13,785 bases of DNA from the NCBI GenBank assembly GCA_043811535.1, contig JBDRNC010000032.1, positions 1 through 13,785 on the forward strand. The letters run 5' to 3'. Under the pieces are notes generated by a model that ran no database searches, had not been told where the DNA came from, and saw only the letters and a list, made by a program, of their open reading frames with translations. The position numbers and the translations under genes were made by a program. Shown one piece after another: positions 7,326 through 13,785 of the stretch (its first letter is position 1; the number at the start of each line of letters is the position of its first letter). This stretch comes from Elusimicrobiota bacterium (lineage in GTDB: Bacteria; Elusimicrobiota; Endomicrobiia; Endomicrobiales; JBDRNC01).

Positions 7326-8081
7326 TCATCTTTCTTCCCCTTCCACTAATTTCAAAAACACGTCTTCAAGCGTCGGTTTTCTTTTCCCGCCGGGCAGGCC
7401 GCGCGGATAGGTATCCTTTTCCAACTGGGCCGGGCTTCCGAGCGCGATAAGTTTACCGGCTCTCATCAGCGCTATCCTCCCGCATTCCTCGGCTTCGTCC
7501 ATGTAATGAGTGGTTACAAAAACCGTCTTGCCTTCCTTCGCCAGCGCCCTTATGAGCGACCAGAACCTCGCCCGGACGGCAGGCGAGACGCCGGATGTCG
7601 GCTCGTCAAGAAAAACTATACCCGGATCGTGAATTAGAGTCGCCGCGAGCGAAACCTGCTGTTTAACCCCCGCGGGGAGTTCCCTGACCATCGTATCGCG
7701 GCCGGAATCATAGCCGATGAACTCGAATATCCTGTCTATCTGCTTTTCCGCATCAGCTTCAGGCATCCTTCTTATCGTCGCTTTGAAATTCAAATTCTCT
7801 ATTACCGTCAAGTCGTCGTAAAGCGTGAACTTCTGCGACATGTACCCGACGACAGCCTTGATGGCGGACAGACCCTTTTTCGGGTCAAGGCCCTCGACGC
7901 GTACCTCGCCGGACGTGGGAACCAGAAGCCCGCACATCACGCGTATCGCCGTGGTTTTTCCGGCGCCGTTGGCGCCCAAAAATCCGAAGATCTCGCCTTT
8001 CTCAACTCCGAGAGTAAGGCTGTCTACGGCGGTGAAATCGCCGAACTTGACGGTAAGGTTGTTTATCTCGACTGCTTTCAT
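7326..8081 (-). CDS. ABC transporter ATP-binding protein (like the C-terminal NBD of YbhF)
   Basis: Start MKAVEI at 8081 with GGAG RBS; Walker A GANGAGKT; degenerate signature LPAGVKQQ; Walker B VFLDEPT; H-loop TTHYMDEAE. Confidence 0.92.
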   Translation of the reverse strand: MKAVEINNLTVKFGDFTAVDSLTLGVEKGEIFGFLGANGAGKTTAIRVMCGLLVPTSGEVRVEGLDPKKGLSAIKAVVGYMSQKFTLYDDLTVIENLNFKATIRRMPEADAEKQIDRIFEFIGYDSGRDTMVRELPAGVKQQVSLAATLIHDPGIVFLDEPTSGVSPAVRARFWSLIRALAKEGKTVFVTTHYMDEAEECGRIALMRAGKLIALGSPAQLEKDTYPRGLPGGKRKPTLEDVFLKLVEGEER

Positions 8082-8100
8082 CGTTACTCCGTAAAAACCC

Positions 8101-8126
8101 GTAGACGGCACTTAAGTGCCGTCTAC
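8101..8126. repeat. Perfect 26-bp palindrome, GTAG-type REP-like
   Basis: GTAGACGGCACTTAAGTGCCGTCTAC is its own reverse complement and abuts the TGA stop of the upstream ATPase. Confidence 0.85.
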
Positions 8127-8864
8127 TCAACCATGAGACATCTTTATGAAAACCTCATCAAAGCCTTTTACCTTTTCCCTTGCAAGCAGCTCTTCCGGCC
8201 TGCCGCTCATCATTATCTTTCCTGAGTCCATAAGGTGGACAAAAGCGCACCTTTCGGCTTCGTCCATATACGACGTTGAAATGAGGATAAGTATCTTTTG
8301 TTCTGAAAGGCGGTGGAGCAGGTCCCAGAATTCCCTGCGGCTTATCGGGTCCACGCCGTTTGTCGGCTCGTCCAGAAGCATCATCGAAGGGGACTGGAGC
8401 ATCGCGCACATCAACCCGACCTTCTTGTACATCCCCCCCGAAAGATTCCCGATCTTCCTGTCCCTGAATTTTTCAAGGCGCGTGATATTCAGAAGTTCCT
8501 TTGAGCGTTCGCTGAAATCTTTTTCCGGCAGGCTGTAAAGGTCTTTGAAAAATATTAGATGTTCGTCAATGGACAGGTCCGGATACAAACTCTGTTTTGA
8601 AGGCATGTACGCGAGCGTCGGGCGGATATCTTCGAACCCCACATCCCTGCCGGAAGCGTTATATCTGATGCTGCCATTGTCCTTGCGGAGCAGGCCGGCA
8701 AGTATCCTGAAAAGCGTGGTCTTGCCCGCGCCGTCCGGCCCGATGAACCCGTTGAGCGTCCCGGGCTCGACGTTGACAATCACGTTTTCAAGCGCAACCG
8801 TCTCGCCGAATTTTCGGGTAACATTTGAAATGTTTATACCTATGTTTTTCATTTTACTATTCAT
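8127..8864 (-). CDS. ABC transporter ATP-binding protein (like the N-terminal NBD of YbhF)
   Basis: Walker A GPDGAGKT; signature LSGGMYKK; Walker B LLDEPT; switch region STSYMDEAE. Start could be 8864 or 8852. Confidence 0.92.
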   Translation of the reverse strand: MNSKMKNIGINISNVTRKFGETVALENVIVNVEPGTLNGFIGPDGAGKTTLFRILAGLLRKDNGSIRYNASGRDVGFEDIRPTLAYMPSKQSLYPDLSIDEHLIFFKDLYSLPEKDFSERSKELLNITRLEKFRDRKIGNLSGGMYKKVGLMCAMLQSPSMMLLDEPTNGVDPISRREFWDLLHRLSEQKILILISTSYMDEAERCAFVHLMDSGKIMMSGRPEELLAREKVKGFDEVFIKMSHG

Positions 8865-8865
8865 T

Positions 8866-8939
8866 TCCCCTCTTTTCTAAAGAGGGGTCAGGGGAGATTT
8901 TTTAAAATCCCCCTCTATCCCCCTTTTATAAAGGGGGAG
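8866..8939. repeat. Double-hairpin C/G-tract palindromic element
   Basis: Plus strand CCCCTCTTT-TCT-AAAGAGGGG-TCAGGGGAGATTT, then AAATCCCCCTCTA-TCCCCCTTT-TAT-AAAGGGGGA; same head-to-head architecture as 7237-7310. Confidence 0.8.
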
Positions 8940-8950
8940 GATATTTGTAT

Positions 8951-9682
8951 TTATTTTCCCAATTCGACTTCCACCGTCATGCCGGGTTTAAGGAACTCGT
9001 CGTCGTTCTCAAAAGCGATCTTGACGCCGAAAACAAGCCTGGTCCTTTCCTTCTGAGTCTGGACGTTCTTAGGAGTGAACTCGGCTTCCTGATTTATATG
9101 CGATATCCTGCCGGGTATAGTTTTCTTCACGCCGGACTCGGGAACGTAGCCCTTCACTTCCATCCCTGCGGATATTTTTGAAAGCACCGGCTGGGGCACG
9201 TAAATATACGCCCAGGGCCTTTTTATGTCCGCTATTGTCATGAGTTTTACTCCGGGCGCGACCATCTCGCCGGGCTCGTGGAAGCGCGTTATCACGGTGC
9301 CGTCTATGGGCGATTTTACCGTTCCCCAGCTGAGGCGCACCGCGGCGTCATCCCTCTTGAATTTTATCCTGTCAAAGGCCTCGCGGTTCAGCGAGCCGGC
9401 GTCAAGCAGCTCTATTGCGCGCTTGTAATCGCGCTCGGCCGCCGCGGCCGCGACCTCTATATCCTCTATTGAAAGCTTCACCAGCGCCTGCCCCTGGCTG
9501 ACCTTGTCCCCCTCCCGGGCATTAACCGAACCTATCACGCCTGTCAGGCGGGATGAAAGGTCCACCTCGGTCGCCTCCACGGTGCCGGCATACATGAACC
9601 CGCCGCGCTTCGTCAAAGTCAGATAGAGCGTTAATCCGACAACAGCTAATACCGCAACCGCAATGATTTTTCTTTTATCCAT
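8951..9682 (-). CDS. HlyD-family membrane fusion (periplasmic adaptor) protein, YbhG-like
   Basis: Start MDKRKII at 9682 with GGAGG RBS; N-terminal TM; GTVEATEVDLSSRLTG, VKSPIDGTV, EAEFTPKNVQT, LKPGMTVEV. Confidence 0.92.
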   Translation of the reverse strand: MDKRKIIAVAVLAVVGLTLYLTLTKRGGFMYAGTVEATEVDLSSRLTGVIGSVNAREGDKVSQGQALVKLSIEDIEVAAAAAERDYKRAIELLDAGSLNREAFDRIKFKRDDAAVRLSWGTVKSPIDGTVITRFHEPGEMVAPGVKLMTIADIKRPWAYIYVPQPVLSKISAGMEVKGYVPESGVKKTIPGRISHINQEAEFTPKNVQTQKERTRLVFGVKIAFENDDEFLKPGMTVEVELGK

Positions 9683-9700
9683 ACAATACCTCCTGTATAT

Positions 9701-9774
9701 AATTACAGATTCCATATTACAAATTACATATTAACCGCTTAAAGCTTCAAATTTGTAATCTGTAATTTGTAATT
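9701..9774. repeat. Inverted arrays of 7-bp tandem repeats
   Basis: ATTACAG ATTCCAT ATTACAA ATTACAT (9702-9729) versus TTGTAAT CTGTAAT TTGTAAT (9753-9773). Confidence 0.85.
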
Positions 9775-9786
9775 GCATAATATGTT

Positions 9787-11226
9787 TTATTCCGCCAGGT
9801 TCGCTATGACTGCCAGATTCATCAGCATCTGGACCTTTGTCCTTGCCGACTGTATCTTCGCTTCAAGCGCCTTGAAGTTCACGTTCTCAACTTCTAAAAA
9901 GGATATCGAGCCGCTTTTATATGTTTTATAGATTATTTTTGAAAGTTCGTCCGTCTCCGCGACCGAGATTTCATTCATTTTTTTCTGGTCCCGCAGGTTT
10001 GAAAGCTGTTCCATGGTTTTGGCCCAGTCGCGCCTGAAATCGGACAAGGCCTGGCCCCTGCGCTGCAGACCGGCGGACATCGCGTTTTCGCTCTCGTTCA
10101 CTCGGTTTTTTACGGCGCCGAATTCAAACAGCGCCCAATTCAGCGTCGCGCTGAAAGTATTCTGGTTATAGCTTTCAAGTTTTGTGCCGTTGGGATAATC
10201 CATCGACGACTTCGCCGAAAGCTGAACTTTCGGCCAGTTGCCGGAACCCGCGCTCTTCGCGGCGTATCCTGACGCTTCCGCGGATTTCGCGAAAACTTCA
10301 AGCGCCGGATGCTTTTCGTCAAGTTTTGAATCCATGTACGGCTCGAATCTTCCCAGCATGGAATCCAGGCTTTCCAGTTTCGGCTGGGCGTATTCCGCGC
10401 CGGTCAGCGCGGAAAGGTCGCTTAAGGCGGAAGCCATATCGGCCTGCGTCTGCCTGAGCTGCTTCATCCTCGCGAGCACTTCCTGATGCGCCTTCAGTTC
10501 GTCGGCGCGGCTCTTTGTCCCGGCGCGCACATTGATTCTTATGTCTTCATACTGGGCGCTTGAAAGTTTGAGGGCGTCCGCGTAAAGCATAACCTGTTCG
10601 CCCGCCAGCGCCAATTGGAAATACGCCGACCTGGCCGAAAAGACAACCTGCCTTCTCATCGCCTCTGCCTCGTTCTTCCTGGCTTCAGCCGCGGCCGTCG
10701 CGCTTTTATGCGCGTTGAACACGCCGCCCGAATCCCACGCGGTCCATGTGAGCAGCGGGCCTATGGAATAATTAGAATTATCGCCGAACTTTACGGGGTT
10801 GGAATTAGGAATAGGAAGCGTTATCTCCTGCACGCTGGTAATGTAGCGGTAGGAACCGTCAAGCGCGAGCTTAGGATAGCCCAGCGTTTTCTGGTACGAC
10901 GAGCGCTCTTCGGCGGCCTTCTGCTCGTATTTCAGGCTTTTAAGGCGCTGTGAATGATTCTCCGCGCTCTGTTCCGCGTCGCCAAGCGTCAACGATGCCT
11001 GAATTGCATCAGCGGCGGATATGACAGACGGAAGAAAGAAGATGGAAGACGGAAGCAAGAGGCAGCAGAAAATAAGAACGGCATTAACAAGGTTTCTCAT
11101 CCCGTTAGAGATAGGTCGCCGCTTGGCGACTGCGGCATTTTGAGCTTCAATTTTAAATATCTTTTTTTCCTCGAATATATCCAACATATCATTTGTATTA
11201 TTTCCGGTATCTCTAACGGGACTCAT
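9787..11226 (-). CDS. TolC-family outer membrane efflux protein, with a 42-aa N-terminal extension derived from an inserted element
   Basis: Signal peptide after MRNLVNAV (11100); LTLGDAEQSA, YPKLALDGSY, ARSAYFQL, WPKVQLSA, YKSGSISFLEV are OEP-family patterns. ATG at 11226 overlaps the TetR stop (ATGA). Confidence 0.9.
   Translation of the reverse strand: MSPVRDTGNNTNDMLDIFEEKKIFKIEAQNAAVAKRRPISNGMRNLVNAVLIFCCLLLPSSIFFLPSVISAADAIQASLTLGDAEQSAENHSQRLKSLKYEQKAAEERSSYQKTLGYPKLALDGSYRYITSVQEITLPIPNSNPVKFGDNSNYSIGPLLTWTAWDSGGVFNAHKSATAAAEARKNEAEAMRRQVVFSARSAYFQLALAGEQVMLYADALKLSSAQYEDIRINVRAGTKSRADELKAHQEVLARMKQLRQTQADMASALSDLSALTGAEYAQPKLESLDSMLGRFEPYMDSKLDEKHPALEVFAKSAEASGYAAKSAGSGNWPKVQLSAKSSMDYPNGTKLESYNQNTFSATLNWALFEFGAVKNRVNESENAMSAGLQRRGQALSDFRRDWAKTMEQLSNLRDQKKMNEISVAETDELSKIIYKTYKSGSISFLEVENVNFKALEAKIQSARTKVQMLMNLAVIANLAE
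11100..11221. mobile_element. 122-bp MITE-like insertion with 14-bp terminal inverted repeats and a 4-bp target duplication
   Basis: TIRs TCCCGTTAGAGATA (11100-11113) and TATCTCTAACGGGA (11208-11221); flanked by CTCA at 11096-11099 and 11222-11225. Confidence 0.8.
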
Positions 11227-11864
11227 TTTGCACCCCCGGTGGATATGCCTTTCAGCGCCAGGTCTATTCTTTCCGCTATTCTTTTATCAGATATAGCGGT
11301 TTTTTCCAGGACCGGAATGAAAGCGCCGAGGAATGTTCCCTTGTAGTTCTTTTCAAGCACCCTGATGACAATACTCGGAAGAGCGGCCGCGCCGATTATC
11401 AGCGGCACTATCGCAAATATGGAGGTTTTCACGATATATCCTTCTTTCTGGCATTGTGAAAGGAGTTCCAGAAAGATTTTGACGTGTTTTGTCATGTTTT
11501 TCCGCGCGAACTCCACTATTTTCCTGTTGCCTTTAAATATCTCTTCAAAAAGCGCGGAGACAAGCATCCTGTTTTCCCTGACAAATATCCCGGCGCTCAG
11601 CAGGGCGTTCCTGAGCCGTTCCAGCGGAGTGCCGCCTGTTTCAGATTCAATTTTGAAACCTTTAAAAAACTCCTCGTACACCTCCGTCATCAGGACTTCC
11701 ATGTACTTTTCCTTGGTCCCGAAGTGGTAGTTGAACATACCGAGATTTACTCCTGCTTTTCTGGCGACATCCCTGAGCCTGAGCCCGGATATCCCCATCC
11801 TGGGGACAAGCTCTTTTCCCGCTTGGATTAGTTTTTTGTCGATATTCTGCGACGGCCTGGTCAT
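11223..11864 (-). CDS. TetR/AcrR-family transcriptional regulator
   Basis: Start MTRPSQ at 11864 with GGAGGA RBS; HTH GISGLRLRDVARKAGVNLGMFNYHFGTKEKY; first gene of the efflux operon. Confidence 0.92.
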   Translation of the reverse strand: MTRPSQNIDKKLIQAGKELVPRMGISGLRLRDVARKAGVNLGMFNYHFGTKEKYMEVLMTEVYEEFFKGFKIESETGGTPLERLRNALLSAGIFVRENRMLVSALFEEIFKGNRKIVEFARKNMTKHVKIFLELLSQCQKEGYIVKTSIFAIVPLIIGAAALPSIVIRVLEKNYKGTFLGAFIPVLEKTAISDKRIAERIDLALKGISTGGAK

Positions 11865-11906
11865 TTTTAGTCCTCCTGACACTACATTTTATAAGAAATT
11901 CCCAAA

Positions 11907-12074
11907 AAAGTCGCCTGAGTGATATTTTTTTGAAGCGAAATTCTTGATCTTGAGGCGAGGCAAGGCGTATGAGCGCGACGCGTGGCAATTAAAGAGCCAC
12001 GTTAGCGCGAATACAACGAAGCCGCAGCCAAAGAGCAAGAATTGCAGCCAAAAAGGTATTACTCAGGCGACTTT
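11907..12074. mobile_element. 168-bp long imperfect hairpin, MITE-like element in the tetR 5' leader
   Basis: Perfect 14-bp ends AAAGTCGCCTGAGT and ACTCAGGCGACTTT; pairing continues inward (AATTCTTG/CAAGAATT, CGTGGC/GCCACG). No clear target duplication. Confidence 0.7.
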
Positions 12075-12083
12075 AACTACTCT

Positions 12084-12120
12084 TTGGTATAATTATACAT
12101 TGGTATAGTTATAATGTCAA
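12084..12120 (-). promoter_or_regulatory. Consensus sigma70 promoter of the tetR-efflux operon with an overlapping putative TetR operator
   Basis: TTGACA (12120-12115), 17-nt spacer, TATAAT (12097-12092); overlapped by direct repeats TTGGTATA(A/G)TTATA (12084-12097 and 12100-12113) and the palindrome GTATAATTATAC. Confidence 0.8.
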
Positions 12121-12135
12121 GGCCTTTTCATTTTT

Positions 12136-12226
12136 CCGCCCCCGAAGTGGCGGAAACTCTTCGGGAGCGGCAAGCGACTTCCATAATATAACTCAATGGA
12201 GTCCCGACGAAGTCGCGGAGCGGCAA
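12136..12226 (+). repeat. Short palindromic intergenic element related to 1985-2052
   Basis: CCGCC..GGCGG hairpin, then GCGACTT..AAGTCGC (12174-12216) flanked by the 10-bp direct repeat GGAGCGGCAA (12164-12173 and 12217-12226). Confidence 0.6.
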
Positions 12227-12258
12227 AAAAAACACCGCGCGTATAAAGGCGCGGTGTT
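12225..12258 (-). terminator. Intrinsic terminator after the flavodoxin gene
   Basis: Minus strand CACCGCGC-CTTTATAC-GCGCGGTG followed by T8. Confidence 0.8.
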
Positions 12259-12277
12259 ACAGTGAAAAACCGGTTTA

Positions 12278-12892
12278 TTACTTCTGTTTGAATGCCCCCA
12301 GGAACTTGGTGAGTTTGGCCCAGTATTTGCTGTTATCTTTAAGGTCTTTTGACACAAAGCCCACATACGCGACGCTTTTCTTGCCGGCGATCTTTTCCAT
12401 TGAAGGCACTATATTCTCGGCGGGCGTGCTGCCGGCCGTGACAAAGAAAGCGACTTCTTTGAATTTATCCTTATTCCGGGTTATATATGTCCTTATGGCG
12501 GGCGTCATGGCCCACGACCAGATAGGCGTGCCTACCATCGTGATATCGTATTTTGAGGGATCGAGCTTTATCGGGTCAATTTCCGTAAGATTCCTGAATG
12601 TCGCGTCCTTGCCTCCGCTTATAAAGCCGAAAAAGCCCTTCCTATTCTTCTTGTCTACAATTTTTTCGATATCGGCCCCGAAACAGTCGGCGATATCCTT
12701 CGCGACCCGCTCAGTGGTGCCCGTCAAAGAAAAATAGACAACAAGGATTTTCTTTCCCGTTACTATTTTCTTGAGATCCGTCTTTTCAGCCTTGTATCTA
12801 ACGGTCGCGCCGGTCACGGCGTCATTTTGTTCGACTGCCGTTAAAATACACGGCATCATTAAACATGCCGCCGCAATCAGCAAGACTTTCAT
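12278..12892 (-). CDS. Secreted flavodoxin-like protein with an N-terminal DAVTGAT motif
   Basis: 204 aa; N-terminal hydrophobic signal; FMN phosphate loop VVYFSLTGTTERVA; YDITMVGTPIWSW; VAFFVTAGS; GGAG RBS. Confidence 0.85.
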   Translation of the reverse strand: MKVLLIAAACLMMPCILTAVEQNDAVTGATVRYKAEKTDLKKIVTGKKILVVYFSLTGTTERVAKDIADCFGADIEKIVDKKNRKGFFGFISGGKDATFRNLTEIDPIKLDPSKYDITMVGTPIWSWAMTPAIRTYITRNKDKFKEVAFFVTAGSTPAENIVPSMEKIAGKKSVAYVGFVSKDLKDNSKYWAKLTKFLGAFKQK

Positions 12893-12911
12893 AAAATCTC
12901 CGTTTTAATCG

Positions 12912-13592
12912 TTATGCCACAGCTTTTAAATTCACCGACCCGTCATCTTCAACCGCCAGCAGATATGACGGCTTGTTATTCCAACAGCCGGTATTGTAAT
13001 ACTCCGTGCTGTCTTTTGTGATATTATACATAAAATGGGTGTGTCCGCACACAACTACATCGCACTTTTTTTTCACCGCGTATTCCAGCGCCAGGCCGGC
13101 TATCTGTTCAGTCGCTCTGAGCCAGCGGTCGGCAAGCTTGAGCATTATCCAGTCAAATAACTGCGATGAAACCACCCTCTGGAACGAGGTGTACATCGAA
13201 GCGAGCAAGCGTCCCAGTATCTTATTGTTTGAGATAAAACTGTCGAACTGGTGCCCGTGAAGCGCTATAAACCTTCTCCCGCCCGCTTCCCAGATGAATT
13301 CTTCGCGCACGGGAATGCCTATCATATAAGACATTAACCTCTGGAATTTACCGTCATGGTTGCCCTTGATCCAGACAACCTCCACGTCCCTTCGCGACAG
13401 CTTGCCTATGTGTTCAAGCAATTCCCAGTGGGTGCTGGTCAGTTTTTCGAAATTCAGGTCCTCGAACATATCCCCGTTTATCACGATGCGCTTGAATCTC
13501 ATGCTTTTGAGCGTTGCCGTCAGATCAAAGGCCCTGCTGTTCGGCGAACCCAGATGGACATCGGAAATAATGATTGTATTTAGCTTCTCCAT
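12912..13592 (-). CDS. Calcineurin-like metallophosphoesterase, UDP-2,3-diacylglucosamine hydrolase (LpxH)-like
   Basis: Metallophosphoesterase motifs SDVHLG, NGDMFE, GNHD, HGHQFD, GHTH and YYNTGCW. True LpxH orthology is not established. Confidence 0.85.
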   Translation of the reverse strand: MEKLNTIIISDVHLGSPNSRAFDLTATLKSMRFKRIVINGDMFEDLNFEKLTSTHWELLEHIGKLSRRDVEVVWIKGNHDGKFQRLMSYMIGIPVREEFIWEAGGRRFIALHGHQFDSFISNNKILGRLLASMYTSFQRVVSSQLFDWIMLKLADRWLRATEQIAGLALEYAVKKKCDVVVCGHTHFMYNITKDSTEYYNTGCWNNKPSYLLAVEDDGSVNLKAVA

Positions 13593-13600
13593 ACGCTATA

Positions 13601-13606
13601 ATTATA
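13601..13606 (-). promoter_or_regulatory. -10 box directly upstream of the metallophosphoesterase (possible leaderless transcript)
   Basis: TATAAT, then 8 nt, then ATG; no Shine-Dalgarno sequence. Confidence 0.45.
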
Positions 13607-13722
13607 CAAAATATGAGCCAAGAAGGCATTAAGTCCCTTCTTAATGGTAGTGTATACTAAAGTGTGTAATTTGTTTATGTTGTTTCCGTTTTTCTTTTTT
13701 GCTTCTTTTTTCTTTTAAGAAG

Positions 13723-13785
13723 TTGACATAAAAAAGAAAAGGGGCTATTCTCCCATAAGTTAGACCAATAACCTAATGAGGAGGT
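13723..13785 (+). promoter_or_regulatory. Divergent sigma70 promoter and RBS for a gene starting just beyond the window
   Basis: TTGACA (13723-13728), 17-nt spacer, TATTCT (13746-13751); GAGGAGGT at 13778-13785. Confidence 0.7.

Noticed and set aside
3071..13632. Numerous plus-strand and alternative-frame ORFs (e.g. 3071-3772, 4826-5356, 6801-7319, 12288-12737)
   Set aside because: They are antisense or frame shadows of well-supported genes and have no recognisable motifs.
13756..13777. DtxR/MntR-like operator (TTAG..CTAA) downstream of the divergent promoter
   Set aside because: Half-site spacing and symmetry do not fit well, and the regulated gene is outside the window.
1..13785. Genome-wide TAG-to-Gln reassignment (genetic code 15)
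   Set aside because: Only one internal TAG occurs among all the genes in the window, whereas a routinely used sense codon should appear more often. It cannot be fully excluded without the whole genome.

Overview
Bacterial genomic window with every confidently called gene on the minus strand. In transcription order (right to left) it holds: an LpxH-like metallophosphoesterase; a secreted flavodoxin with a DAVTGAT flavinylation-type motif; a TetR-regulated efflux operon resembling cecR/ybiH-ybhGFSR (TetR, TolC, HlyD, two single-domain ABC ATPases, two ABC-2 permeases); glutaminyl-tRNA synthetase; a small Cys4 zinc-ribbon protein; a CsgG-like lipoprotein; an AT-rich NHL/beta-propeller lipoprotein flanked by a duplicated 52-bp terminator-like repeat; and the start of another CsgG-like secreted protein. 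Three observations stand out. (1) glnS is otherwise intact but has a single in-frame TAG at codon 235, in the catalytic domain. (2) All eight junctions of the efflux operon, from its promoter to glnS, carry a short palindromic or repeat element, from about five structural classes; one sits in frame in the TolC N-terminus with a target-site duplication. (3) The AT-rich lipoprotein gene looks like a self-contained promoter-gene-terminator cassette between direct repeats. No rRNA, tRNA, CRISPR array or transposase was seen. All product calls rest on motif recognition by eye, with no database searches.
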